Positions 9,646-20,850 of a stretch of 64,000 nucleotides of DNA are shown in pieces (position 1 is the first letter of the stretch; each line of letters begins with the position of its first letter). Made by a program: the position numbers and the translations under genes. Source of the DNA: an uncultured Pseudomonadota bacterium (GTDB lineage: Bacteria; Chloroflexota; UBA5177; JAJPKF01); assembly GCA_963836045.1 (NCBI GenBank), contig CAWIIC010000004.1:313726-377725 (forward strand), in the 5' to 3' direction. Under the pieces are notes generated by a model. The model was not told the DNA's origin. It ran no database searches and saw only the letters and a program-made list of their open reading frames with translations.

Positions 9646-10389
9646 TCATAACTGATATCCACCGCCGACGTTGATGACCTCACCCGTGACATAAGCGGCT
9701 TCGTCGGATGCCAGGAACGCCACGACGTTTCCCACATCTTTCGGATCGCCTGCCCGTCCGAGCGGTATCTTCGCAAGTTGCGCCTCCCGAATCTGATCCG
9801 GTATCCCACGCGTCATCTCCGTGTCGATGAACCCTGGGCAGATCGCATTGGCTCGCACTTGATACCGAGCCAGCTCCTTGGACGCCGTCTTGGTGAGCCC
9901 GACCACCCCTGCCTTCGCCGCGGCGTAGTTCGCTTGCCCGATGTTCCCCATCCAGCTCGCCGACGAGATGTTGACAATGCTCCCCGACCGTGCCTCCCGC
10001 ATCACCCTGCTGCCTGCCCTCGTCATGTAGAAGACGCCATTGAGGTCAACCGCAATCACGGCGTCCCACTGGTCGTTGTCCATCTTGTGCAGCATGGCGT
10101 CCCGATTGATCCCGGCATTGTTGACCATGACATCTAGCCGCCCAAATCGCTCCACGACTCGAGCGACCAGAGCATCGTCTTGCTCGGAGTCCGAAACATC
10201 GACCCGCTCCGCCCGCGACTCACCCCCACAAGTCCCGGCCACGCGCTCCGCATCCTCGATATTCTGGTCGGCGCAAACCACCGTAGCCCCCTCCGCCGCG
10301 AGAGTTAAGGCGATCCCCGCTCCGATCCCCCGCCCCGCCCCGGTAACAATAGCGACCCTATCCTGAAGCCTCAAGACAACTCCTCCCAA
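9646..10389 (-). CDS. SDR family oxidoreductase (FabG-like 3-oxoacyl reductase)
   Basis: TGAGRGIG Rossmann motif. NAG and YxxxK catalytic motifs (NNAG; YAAAKAG). Confidence 0.85.
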   Translation of the reverse strand: MGGVVLRLQDRVAIVTGAGRGIGAGIALTLAAEGATVVCADQNIEDAERVAGTCGGESRAERVDVSDSEQDDALVARVVERFGRLDVMVNNAGINRDAMLHKMDNDQWDAVIAVDLNGVFYMTRAGSRVMREARSGSIVNISSASWMGNIGQANYAAAKAGVVGLTKTASKELARYQVRANAICPGFIDTEMTRGIPDQIREAQLAKIPLGRAGDPKDVGNVVAFLASDEAAYVTGEVINVGGGYQL

Positions 10390-10492
10390 TCGAAATTACC
10401 GCCGATCAAACAGTCCCGCCTCCGAGCGCCGCCCGAAACCGAAAACCGAAAGGCTCATCACTGAGAAGTCAATTGACACCCACGTCACGACT

Positions 10493-11413
10493 ATGGTAAC
10501 ACTGTCCTATAGTGATCTAGAACAGCTTGAGGAACCAGTGCGCCCCTTCCAGTATCTGCGGCCTATGAGCGTAGCCGAAGCCTGTGAGTCATTGTCGGAA
10601 TGGGGCAGCGACGCCCAGGTGCTCGCCGGGGGAACCGACCTGGTACTGGCACTGAAAGAAGGCAGAAAGCGGCCCGCCTGTGTGATCGACGTGAAGGCGC
10701 TCCACGAGCTTCAATCGCCGGTCCAGCTCATCGATCACACCGTCACGTTCGGGGCCGGTGCTTCGATGCATACCCTCGCCACACAACTCCCGGAGTTCTG
10801 CCCAGCTTTGGCCGAGGCCGCCGGTGTGGTGGGCTCTCGACAGATCAGAAACCGGGCTACCGTCGGCGGCAACGTTATGCAGGCGTCGCCGGCGGCTGAA
10901 ACTATACCGCCCTTGGTAGTTCTTGGTGCGAGCGCAGAACTATGTTCGTCTCAAAGCTCTCGGGTCGCTCCGCTTGAGGATTTCTTTTCTGGTCCACAGA
11001 CGACAAACCGTCGACCGGACGAGATGCTTACTGGCATTCGCGTTCCTATCCCCGCTCGAGGCACCAGTGCGGCCTATCTTCGTTTCACGCCCCGTCGGGC
11101 GATGGATATAGCCGTCGTCAACGTCGCTGTCTCAGTCACGATCAATCTCACCGGCGAGTGCGGGGATTGCCGCATAGTGCTCGGAGCCGTCGGTCCGACC
11201 GTCCTCCGCTCGCGTCGGGCCGAAGAAAGGCTTCGTGGCAATATGCTGAGCCCCGGTTTAATCGACGAGGCGGCCATACTCGCCTCCAACGACGCCCAGC
11301 CGATCGACGACGTGCGGGCAACGGCCGGGTTCAGGCGAGATCTTGTAGCAGCTTTGGTCCGCCGGGCTACGGCAGTCGCCGTAACTCGCCAAACCCCGGG
11401 GGCACGCGAATGA
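10493..11413 (+). CDS. molybdenum hydroxylase FAD-binding (medium) subunit, CoxM/XdhB family
   Basis: AGGTDL FAD-binding motif and a CO-dehydrogenase flavoprotein C-terminal domain. Its TGA overlaps the next gene's ATG (ATGA). Confidence 0.85.
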   Translation: MVTLSYSDLEQLEEPVRPFQYLRPMSVAEACESLSEWGSDAQVLAGGTDLVLALKEGRKRPACVIDVKALHELQSPVQLIDHTVTFGAGASMHTLATQLPEFCPALAEAAGVVGSRQIRNRATVGGNVMQASPAAETIPPLVVLGASAELCSSQSSRVAPLEDFFSGPQTTNRRPDEMLTGIRVPIPARGTSAAYLRFTPRRAMDIAVVNVAVSVTINLTGECGDCRIVLGAVGPTVLRSRRAEERLRGNMLSPGLIDEAAILASNDAQPIDDVRATAGFRRDLVAALVRRATAVAVTRQTPGARE

Positions 11414-11880
11414 ACTGCGAACTCCAGCTCGAGGTCAATGGCGAGCCGCTTCGGCGTCTGGTTCCCGCAAACCGAACCCTGGCGGACTTTCTGCGTGAGG
11501 ACCTTGACTTGACCGGCACCAAGATAGCCTGCGGCACCGGAGATTGCGGTGCCTGTACCGTGATCCTCGACGGAGCCACGGTGACGTCTTGCTTGATTCT
11601 CGCCCTCGAAGCAGCCGGCGGTCGGGTGACAACCATTGAGGGCCTGACGCCTGACGGCGTCCCATCCGTCATCCAGGAGGAACTGGTCGCGTCAGGAGGT
11701 GTGCAGTGCGGGTTTTGTACCCCCGGCTTCGTGGTCGCCGCCCATGCGCTTCTGAACGAGAACGCCCGCCCTGACGAGCAGGAGATCCGGGCTGGTCTCG
11801 CTGGCAACATCTGCCGTTGCACCGGGTACATGAAGATCCTCGAAGCTGTGAAGAATGCCTCCCTGAGGCTGGCCTCGTGA
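11410..11880 (+). CDS. molybdenum hydroxylase (2Fe-2S)-binding small subunit, CoxS family
   Basis: Two 2Fe-2S cysteine clusters (CGTGDCGACTV; CGFCTPGF...CRCTGY). Start taken at MNCELQLEVNGE, overlapping the upstream stop. Confidence 0.85.
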   Translation: MNCELQLEVNGEPLRRLVPANRTLADFLREDLDLTGTKIACGTGDCGACTVILDGATVTSCLILALEAAGGRVTTIEGLTPDGVPSVIQEELVASGGVQCGFCTPGFVVAAHALLNENARPDEQEIRAGLAGNICRCTGYMKILEAVKNASLRLAS

Positions 11881-14165
11881 CCACCGGACCGATTGGCCAG
11901 CGCGTCAAGCGCCACGAGGTCATGGCAAAGGCCATGGGCCGCACGGAGTACACTGTCGACAAAACTGCCCGCAACATGCTCTGGGCTCGGCTCGTTCGCT
12001 CCACGGTTCCTCATGGGTACATCCGCGACGTATTCACCGAGGCGGCTCGTGCCGTTCCAGGAGTCAAGGCCGTGTTGACCGCCGCCGATGTCCCCGCAAC
12101 CAGATTCGGCCCCTTCGTACACGACCAGGAAATCATAGCAAGGGATAAGGTTCGCTTCGCGGGAGAAATTGTCGCTGCGATCGCGGCGACGTCTCTGGAG
12201 GCGGCCGACGAGGCGGCCGAGCTGGTGCGCCTGGAGATCGACCCCTTGCCCCCCATATACGACGTCGAGACGTCCATGGCCCCTGGTTCCGCGCCCATCC
12301 ACGAGAAGCTGCAGGACTATGAGAGCGCACCCGAAGGCCTCATCCGACACGGCAACGTGGGCTTCTTTACCCGCCTTGGACGAGGCGACGTGAACCAGGG
12401 ATTCGCCGAGGCAGATGTCGTTCTCGAACGCCGTTACACTGCTCAGGCTATTCATCAGTGCTCCTTGGAACCCCACGCGGTACTCGCGGAAACAGGCACC
12501 AACGGACAGGTGACCGTGTGGACGAGCGCGCAAGAGCCCTTCAAAGTGCGTTCGATTCTGGCCGGTATCTTGGGCCTGCCTCTAACGAAGATTCGTGTGG
12601 TCGCTCCTCCGCTCGGCGGCGGTTTTGGCGGCAAGGAGGAGCTCCTCGCCGAGCCGCTAGCAGTTCTGCTCGCTCAAGCGACGCATCGCCCAGTGAAACT
12701 GGTGTTCACGCGCGCCGAAGAGTTCGAGGGCGGATTCCCGCGGCCACCCTGCACTATGGACGTGAAGACCGGCGCCAAATTGAACGGCATGCTGACTGCT
12801 CGATCGGTCCGCCTTTTCTACGAGGCCGGTGCCTACATGCAGCACTGCATTGGCGAGGCCGCCTTTGGTGCCTGGACCGCTCCAGGCCCGTACAAAACCC
12901 CCAATCTCCTGGTCGAGTCCTACGCGATCTACACCAATAAAGTTCACTTCGGCTGCTACCGGGGCTACGGCTGCATGCAGCCCGCATTTGCCACCGAAAG
13001 TCAGCTCGACGAGCTCTCGCAGACCCTAAACATCGACCCGGTCGAGCTTCGTCTCATGAACGCGGTGGAGTCCGGCGACTGCGATATCACGGGCCAGGTC
13101 ATGACAAACGTCGCACTGAAGCAAACCATCCAAGCCGCTGCGGAACGCGTCGACTGGGACCATCGTGGTGACCGTGGTCCCGGACGTGGGTTCGGAATTG
13201 CCTGTGCGTATAAAGGAATTGGCGGCATTTCCTCGTCGGCAGTGCTGAAAGTGAATCAAGACGGCACCGCGACGATCTTGTCCGGGACCGCGGACATGGG
13301 TACCGGCGGCGACACCGCGCTGATCCAGATCGCCGCTGCCGAGCTTGGCCTGCGTTACGAGGATGTCAACATTCTCATCGCTGACACCGACGGCACGCCG
13401 TATGACTTTGGCAGCGTAGCTACTCGAGTAACCCACGACGTCGGCAACGCGGTGAGGCGGGCCGCCCGCGACGCCCGAAACCAGCTACTGAGCCTAGCCG
13501 CCGAACAGCTCCATTCCGATGTTGAGAACCTCGAGATCCACGATGGATTCGTGGTCGATTCGACTGATCCGGCCTCTCGTTTGTCGATCGCTCAGCTCGC
13601 GGACTCCAGCCACTTCACCCACCGCGGGCCCATCATCGGTCGGGGCTCCTACCTCGCCGAGGAGGATGTTCATCTCAATCCTTCGATCATGGAGGGCTTT
13701 CCCCTGGAGGCGGTGCCGACCCACGGCTTCGCTACTCAGATCGCGGAGGTTGAGGTGGACTCCGAGACGGGACAGGTGAACGTCGTCCAGGTAGTCGGCG
13801 CGCACGAGATCGGACGCGCCATCAACCCTACGGGCATCGAGGGTCAAATCGAGGGCGGCGTCTCCATGGGCATTGGCGGGGCGTTGACCGAAGAGATACG
13901 TTTTTGCGATGGCCGGATCGCTAATCCCAACTGGGTGGACTACCAGCTGCTGACTCCACTCGACATGCCCCACGTCGAATCCGTCATCGTTGAGGATCCT
14001 GATGCCTCCGGCCCTTTCGGTGCCAAGGGTTTGGGCGAACATACCGTTCTTCCGACCGCCGCGGCCATCGCAAATGCCGTCGATGACGCTACCGGAGTAC
14101 GTGTCCGCGACCTACCTATCACTCCCGAGCGCATGTTCAGAGCGACCCGTGCGCAAGGAAGATAG
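11877..14165 (+). CDS. molybdopterin-binding large subunit, xanthine dehydrogenase/aldehyde oxidase/CODH family
   Basis: About 760 aa. GTG start overlaps the small-subunit stop (GTGA). The active-site loop reads GCYRGYGCMQ. That matches neither form I (AYRCSFR) nor form II (AYRGAGR) CO dehydrogenase, so this is a generic Mo-hydroxylase. Confidence 0.85.
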   Translation: MTTGPIGQRVKRHEVMAKAMGRTEYTVDKTARNMLWARLVRSTVPHGYIRDVFTEAARAVPGVKAVLTAADVPATRFGPFVHDQEIIARDKVRFAGEIVAAIAATSLEAADEAAELVRLEIDPLPPIYDVETSMAPGSAPIHEKLQDYESAPEGLIRHGNVGFFTRLGRGDVNQGFAEADVVLERRYTAQAIHQCSLEPHAVLAETGTNGQVTVWTSAQEPFKVRSILAGILGLPLTKIRVVAPPLGGGFGGKEELLAEPLAVLLAQATHRPVKLVFTRAEEFEGGFPRPPCTMDVKTGAKLNGMLTARSVRLFYEAGAYMQHCIGEAAFGAWTAPGPYKTPNLLVESYAIYTNKVHFGCYRGYGCMQPAFATESQLDELSQTLNIDPVELRLMNAVESGDCDITGQVMTNVALKQTIQAAAERVDWDHRGDRGPGRGFGIACAYKGIGGISSSAVLKVNQDGTATILSGTADMGTGGDTALIQIAAAELGLRYEDVNILIADTDGTPYDFGSVATRVTHDVGNAVRRAARDARNQLLSLAAEQLHSDVENLEIHDGFVVDSTDPASRLSIAQLADSSHFTHRGPIIGRGSYLAEEDVHLNPSIMEGFPLEAVPTHGFATQIAEVEVDSETGQVNVVQVVGAHEIGRAINPTGIEGQIEGGVSMGIGGALTEEIRFCDGRIANPNWVDYQLLTPLDMPHVESVIVEDPDASGPFGAKGLGEHTVLPTAAAIANAVDDATGVRVRDLPITPERMFRATRAQGR

Positions 14166-14171
14166 GGGACG

Positions 14172-15180
14172 ATGCAGATCAAGATTGACCCTAAAGCCGA
14201 TGTAGCTCCGTACATCCAACTTCAGAGCGAGCTCGAGTATTTCATAGTCACCGGAATGCTGGGCCCCGGGGCACGCTTGCCATCAGTGCGCGAGCTGGCT
14301 CGGGAGTCTGGTCTCGCCCCGATGACCGTAACGAAATCCTTGCAGGGCCTTAATCGCAAGGGACTCATCCGGATCCAGCCAGGATTAGGTGCCTTTGTCC
14401 TCGGTGAGGAGGATGACGTCCGCGAAGCCGAGCGCGAGGTGGCTGATTCCATTCGCTCTGCACTACGGAGCGGGATGTCCCGTGATGATTTGAAGCGGGT
14501 GGTCTTCGACGCGCTGCTCGAAGACGTTGACCGCCATTCCAACCACTCGGTTGTGCTGATCGGTCCCGAGCGTGGCGGCCTATACGAGCGGGCGCGACTG
14601 CTCGAGTCGTATCTTGCCGACATCGGAGCCCTTGTCATTCCACTGAGCTTGGAGTCCCTGGAAGCAGACCCGGACGCAAGCCTGAGGAAGGTCGGCCCGG
14701 CTCAGGTCTTTGCCACCCTCATCTTTGATATTGCGGCCGTTCGCAGCATCCTGGCTCGCGCAGTCTGGGGGTCCTGCCATTGCTTGGCTTAATCAGGGAG
14801 GATGCGCGAAACAAGTCGGCTTCGTGGAACACAATGCCGCATCGCCATCGCCGCCAAAAGCCGCGAGAACTCAACGCCATGATGATCGCTCTCGAGATAT
14901 CGCTCGCTGAGCCAGAGATCGGACTGCGCTCCACTGAGGACATGGCTCTGTTCGCCGCGGTCCAAGCGGCCGACGTAGTTGTCAGGGCTCCGTGGCAAAG
15001 GACAAAATCAGATCGATCCTTCCATCCGGGACCCAGGCGATAGAGCCGCTGTACGATCTTGATCCACAATCGGTCAACTCGCATTCGGAAAGCGCTGAGC
15101 GTGTCGTCGGAGCGAGTCCTTGTAGCAAATGCAAGAGCGGGAGAGTGAGCTATGACCAGCCGACCTGATTAGAGGCGGTA
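14172..15180 (+). pseudogene. GntR-family regulator, C-terminal domain disrupted by frameshift(s)
   Basis: The N-terminal 206 aa are intact, with the GntR HTH (paralog of 33132..34106). Homology to the paralog's C-terminal domain then continues in other frames (GVLPLLGLIREDARNKS matches GLEIIPLLMTPSEEVRERI). Confidence 0.5.
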
Positions 15181-15639
15181 AATGTCGTGACCATGGACGG
15201 TGAGCGAGGCAAATCGAAGGCGGCGATGTGATCGAAGTGGCTTGATTGTTCAGGTAGGCACCGGCTTGGAGTCTGACAGCGGAGCCGCTGGCGCTACTGC
15301 ATCGACGCTGCCGGAAAGGCCGTGTCCAGGCCTTGTCGATGCTCAGGCATTCTCAAAACGGGCTGATTGAGCTACGGCCGACGACGCCTTGGGACTTCGC
15401 TGGCTGAACACGTTCATCAACCCAATGCATCGAGAGATCACCCTGAGGATGCGTATACCGCTCCCTGTCAGCATGGCGAGATCATCCAAGTCCGGCTCAG
15501 CGCGGCGTTGATATCGGGCGTCGTAGGCCTCGCTGTGCGGACGCCGCGAAAAGCTCGGCGTCCGCACTGATCCCTGACCCTACATCACCGATCGCCTCGC
15601 ATTTCATTACTTTGAAACCTTTGAGGACAATCCCACGTC

Positions 15640-16440
15640 TTGTCGAAGTCGCCACAACTCGGCCCGCGTCCGCGTCAAGTTTCGTATGGAATCGAGCCTC
15701 TCCCGTACTCCACTACAGATCTCTACCGGCGCGCCCGGAAAGGCGGGCCAAACACGGAGTTGGCATCCGTCTCCACGCGAACTGCGAGGCAGGCGAGGTC
15801 GCATACTCGATCGATCGTTCGCCAAACCTCCCATCATCTGTTCAACAATCGGGAAATCTCGGACATGGCTGCGGTGGTCGGGCACGGTGTTGTCTCACGA
15901 TCGCGAGATCGAGTTGTGGCGGCACGGACCTCGGCCATTCATTGTCCACAGACGGGCATGAAGGTAGCTTTGGGCATCGCATCCGTCCTCGAGCTCTCGT
16001 CGGGCTGGTGTTACTGTCGGCCGGGCAATGGATGGTACGGCTGAGAATGGCAACCTGGACATGGTTGATACATTGAAGTACGCGGCACTCCTGCAGAAGC
16101 TCAATAAAATGGACCCGACTGTCCTTCCCGCCTACGAGGTCCTGGAACTCGCGACCATCGGAGGTGCCAAAGCTCTCGGCCTTGACGAGGACATTGGCTC
16201 CATCGAGGTCGGCAAGCAAGGCTGACGTCGTCGTGATCGATCGCAGTGCCATCTTCGTATGACTCCGATCCATCTGGGAGAATACGACAACACCGTCACC
16301 TCCATCGTGTACTCGGTCTTTATCGGATGAACGAGAAATACGGTCATCATCGACGGCCAGCTCGTCCTCGCGGATCGTAAGCTGACCCGCAAGTCGGAGG
16401 AGGAGATCGTCGAGCGCGCGATGGTGTTGGTCGCGAGATG
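15640..16440 (+). pseudogene. amidohydrolase-family (MtaD/atrazine-chlorohydrolase-like) gene remnant, multiple frameshifts
   Basis: Fragments IHCPQTGMKVALGIASVLEL..., TAENGNLDMVDTLKYAALLQK..., ATIGGAKALGLDEDIGSIEVGKQ(A)DVVVIDRSAIF and VIIDGQLVLADRKLT are spread over three frames. Confidence 0.5.
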
Positions 16441-16505
16441 ATCGCTCGCCGAGAGCAGTGGGTTCAGTCCCGTGATCGCGAGCTGGATAAGGTGTTCTAA
16501 CCGGC

Positions 16506-17190
16506 ATGGCCTACGAGACCATCAATGACTCCGTAGAGTCAGGCGTTGCAACCATCGAACTGAACCGCCCCGATGCGCCCAATGTCATTACCCGTGAAAT
16601 GCACAACGAATGGGTCGGCCGCCTCGAAGCGGCGCGCCAGGAGGACGACGTCAGGGTGGTCGTGATCCAGGGAGCCGGGCGAGCCTTCCCTGCCGGCCAT
16701 GACCTTAAACAGGACGTCGAGCCCCCCTTGCGCAAGCCGAGGACGGCGGGCCGCCCTCGGCAATGAATCTCTTATCGCACTGCTATCTGGGACTTCGACA
16801 AGCCTGTCATCGCCGCGGTGCATGGCGACTGTCTCGGCAAAGGCATGTCAGGTCGCTCTGGGCCTGTGACTTTGTGATCGCCGCCGAGGATGCTGTGATT
16901 GGCGAGCGGGAAGTGCGATCCGCTAACTCAGCGACGCTTCCCGCTTTCCATAGCTCGTTGGTCTCCGAAGGGCCTAGCATCTGCGTACGCTGGGCAGGAC
17001 GGTGACGGGCCGGCGAAGCTGAGAGCATGGGCATGTCTCGGTTTGCCTGCCCGCCGGCCGAGCTTCGACCACGAACGAAGACCTTGCCGGCGAGGTGGCC
17101 TCTATTCCACCTGCTGCAATCCGTCTGAACAAACGCAGTGTCAATCATGCCTTTGAGCTCATGGGGTTGCGGTCGGCAAGCCTCTAAACA
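16506..17190 (+). pseudogene. enoyl-CoA hydratase/isomerase (crotonase) remnant with at least two frameshifts
   Basis: VATIELNRPDAPNVI...VVIQGAGRAFPAGHDLK in one frame, WDFDKPVIAAVHGDCLGKGM in a second, and ACDFVIAAEDAVIGEREVRS in a third. Confidence 0.55.
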
Positions 17191-17299
17191 ACTTGGAAAC
17201 GCTGTCGTTGACGATTGCCGCGAGCTTCCAGGTCAAGCCGAGTACCGAACTTCGACCGCATTCGTCGTGACAAGGGCCTGAAGGCGGCGATAGCTGACC

Positions 17300-19331
17300 G
17301 TGACCGGGCCTCGTGGACGGGGCAAGTCAACCCTTGAGGAACCCTCCTGCGCCCATCGTCGGTCGCGGTCGGTCGGCGTCTCTCCATCGTTTGAGCCCGG
17401 GCAGCCGCGTGATCCACAAATCTGCGCGATGGCGGATTCCCTGGAAATATATCCGGTCAACCCAAAATACTCAAACAGTCGCGGACCTCCCCTGTGACCC
17501 GTTCGGTGAACTCCATTGGCGCTCACGTCGACACGGTCGTCATCGCTGTAGCGGGTCGCCACGTTCCCGACATCGTTGGCGAAGCAGTCGAGTGCGGAGT
17601 GGCCCTCGCTGTGATCCTCCCGAGCGGATTCGGTGAGTCAGATGAGGAGGGCTGCTGTCTGGAGCTCAAGGCTTGTGGCTTTGCGCGGACAGATCAGCAT
17701 CGTAGGTCCAAACTGTATGGGCTTCTTCTCATGTTGACGACCGGGGTCGCTGCTGATAGCGGGCTGACTGAGGGCATTCGTTCTGGGCAGGCTCTGCCAT
17801 CGTGACGCAGAGCTGGAGTCAGAGGATGCTGGCTCGCGAACGCGGCTGAGTCACAGGGAATCGGCCTTAGCTATCGGATATCGAGTGGGGATTGTCTGGC
17901 AACCTCGGCACCGCTGCATATGTTGATTTCCTGGCGGAAGATCCGAACACGACCGTCATCGCGCTCTACCTGGAAAGCGTTGCTGATGGCCGGGCCTCGA
18001 TCCAGGCTTCACTCTGGCGCCGCGAAGCAGGCAAGGCGTTGGTCGCACTAAAACCAGGAATTTCAGAAGCCGGACGGCGCGCCTTGACTTCCCACACGGC
18101 CGCCCTCTCAGCAGGAACGACTGCAGCAGCTCTTGCGCTGCATTCAACGCAGGCAGGAAGTCCCGCTCGTGCTGGATGTCCATGAGCTGATACAGTGCCT
18201 ATCTCTCTTCTGCGGCGTTGTCGGCTTCCTCCAGGGCTCCGCGGCTATAACTCACTCGACCTCCGGAACCAAGGACCCGCGCCTGCTCGCCCATCTTCTC
18301 GCCGCTGAGGCGCACTTCCTGCTCTGCCGCCCTTCGCTCCCTATACCCGCATTGAAACTCTGGCAACAGGCCGCTCTCCCTGACTACGCCTTATTCGCGA
18401 ATCCTCTGGAATACCCACCTGGGCGGGGATTGTCTAGGGCTACACGGACGCGTACCGTCGCGCGCTCGAGATCACGGCTCTCGACCCCGACGTTGGCCTC
18501 GTAGTCGCCGCTCAGGACGCCTTTAATGGCCTCGACGTTCAAAGCCGGAAGTACGTCATGCTTCGATAGATTCCGCGGCAGCCGGGGTGGCTGTATCTGC
18601 TTCGACACACACCAATCCGAATCCTTGTCTACGTCGGCCGCGCCGATAGACGACGAGCCGCGGGCGATCCTGAGGGGTGGTCATGTCCCCGACCTTTATG
18701 GTGCTCGGCGCCGGGTCTGAGTGCTTTGGCTGATTTCGTCTCGTTCATCTTTACTCTCAGTCCACGGATTCCGCCCGCGAGCCTCCAATGGGGAACTGCT
18801 CTCTCAACCGGGGATCCTGGGTGAGCGCAGAGCCAAAGGCCTACTCCCAGACGACGGCATACCAACCATGGAAGCCACGCTGGCAAGGTCGTGAGATGCG
18901 GCCGTGGAAGCCGCCCGGAGGGCTCGGCTTCCCTGTCGCCTGAAAATAGAAGCCGAAGGCGTCTACACCACAAGAGCGACGTCGGCGGAGTCCGCCTAGG
19001 CTTGGAAGACGACGTGGCCGTGCGGCTCGCCTACGACGATATCATTGCTCGGCTCGGCATGAATTCTAGGTTTGGCGAACAAGGGCGCCAGGCAGCCTCG
19101 GCGGTGCAGCTGATGGCTCCGGCAGGCGTCGAGCTGATCTGCGGGGGCCCTCGAAGTTTGATCCGGCATTCGGCTAGACCTGTGTGGTTCGGGTTGGGCG
19201 GAGTATCAGCCGAAGTGCTCGACGACGAGTGTCTTCGACCCCATCCTCACCACCTTGACACGGCCTGTTTGATGATCCAGGAGATAAAAGGCGCCCCCAC
19301 GAATGGCTCCCCGCGGCGCTGCCCCCTGTGA
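17300..19331 (+). pseudogene. ADP-forming acetyl-CoA synthetase (acetate--CoA ligase family) remnant
   Basis: Pieces of the CoA-binding domain (VDTVVIAVAGRHVPDIVGEAVECG...GFGESDEEG), the linker (TVIALYLESVADGR...ALKPGISEAGRRALTSHTAAL) and the ATP-grasp domain (VGGVRLGLEDDVAVRLAYDDII) sit in different frames. All match the intact paralog at 25233..27365. Confidence 0.5.
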
Positions 19332-19678
19332 TATGGAGGCCATTGCCCTAATCCTGGTCGTCCCTTCTTGAAGCCTTGTGTTCTACTTTCATGGCTCCAT
19401 TCGTGAGATCGACATCAACCTGCTCGTGGTTGCACTTGACGGCGGAGGTGTAGCGGTCGTGGACGCCCTGATCGTATGCGCCGAAGAAGCCGCCGAACAG
19501 ATGGACCTGGAACACCTGTTCGGCACCTGTTCCGGCGGCTAACTGCTTGCAATGAACGCCCTTGCGTCCCCACGTGCCCGCGAAAGAGGAATCGAGTATC
19601 TTCAAAAAAAACTACTCACCGCTTTGAGTTTTGTTCGCCCACCCACCTCAGCTAATCACGCGCAAAAATAGGCTTGAT

Positions 19679-20700
19679 ATGAAAACCATCGCTTGCTTAT
19701 CGGCATGCGCCTTTGTCTTCCTCGCCAGCTCCCTGGTATCAGGCAATCAACCCAGCTTAAAAGTCCCCTCCTCTGAAACATGTTACGGCGATGTTCTATC
19801 GGGCTCCCGAACGCCGCCCACTCTGGCTCTGGGACGCGGCCATGGCCCGCGGTTACATGAAAGCAAAGGGAATTCTGCGGCAAAGGGTCGAAGTGCTCTT
19901 CGATAGGTCCGATCCCGCCAAGCTCGTCGGAGCAGGCTCCGTGACCTTCGCCGACGCTGATATCGGCGACGTCGTGACCGCTAAGAGTGCTGGAGTCGGC
20001 ATACCCGCGGCGATGGCCTTGGTCCAGCACCCTCTCGAGGCCATCCTGAGCCTGAAGACCTCATACATAACCCGTCCGTCGCAGCTTCCAAGGGCATACG
20101 ATCGGTATCTCAGGAGACCCGGCTGACTACGCTATCCTTGACTCTCATGGTGCTCGCCGATCACGGCACCGAAGGTCAAGACTGTTACGCTCGAGCATGA
20201 ACACCCTGGCGGCGCTCATCGCTGGTCGCGTGGATGCGATCATCGGCTTTTGGAGCGACGAAGGTGTGAACTCTCGCACTCCAGGGTCATAAGGCCTACG
20301 CGATGCGCGTGGACAAATACGGGGGCGCCGAACAGCAAACCAGGTCGTCCATAATAGCCTCCAACTGGACGGTGAAAGACAAACAGGCCAGCCGGTGATC
20401 CGTCGCAGCCTGGGTCAAGGGGCAGTAAGACGCGATCGCTCACCCCAAACAGGCAATTCATTACCTCGCTTCACAGGCCGGTGGCATTGACACGAAGACG
20501 AACCTGAAGCAGCTTGAAAACACGGATCCCGGTCATGCGAGACAAGCACGGGCGTGACTGCACTCTGCAGCCGGCTATGTGGCAGCGCTACGCGGATCGG
20601 CTGGCAAAAAACAAGCTGCTCAGCCATCTCTTTCAGCATCAGTCCTGCTGTCACCAAACAGTTCTTGCTGGAGTTTTCATGGCAGGGAGGATCTGTCCTC
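19679..20700 (+). pseudogene. NitT/TauT (NMT1-like) ABC substrate-binding protein remnant
   Basis: Lipoprotein-like signal MKTIACLSACAFVFLASSL. Further fragments (ALIAGRVDAIIGFWSDEGV; MWQRYADRLAKNKLL) in other frames match the substrate-binding protein at 29050..30108. Confidence 0.45.
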
Positions 20701-20850
20701 CCTGCCCGACCCTCTTTGCTCAATCGAGGACCGCAACGGCATCTGATAGCCCTTATAGTCCCTCAGGCAACTCCGTTGAAGCGGTGCGTAAGATCGTAAA
20801 CACGCTGGGTATGCCGTCTATTCAACCGGGGCAATGAACTCATTTCCGCC

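Noticed and set aside
10425-10492. sigma70-like TTGACA ... TATGGT upstream of the Mo-hydroxylase operon
   Set aside because: Spacing is only 13 nt (the canonical spacing is 17±1). The adjacent gaaaccgaaaaccgaaagg is another short heptad-like repeat. It is not called as a promoter.
11367-12533. 388-aa minus-strand ORF (similarly 7909..8751, 31768..32634, 62613..63422, 13494..14042, 15842..16507)
   Set aside because: These are antisense to well-supported genes (Mo large subunit, BNR protein, ACS#2, pyrG). High-GC genomes generate long spurious antisense ORFs. No homology was recognised.
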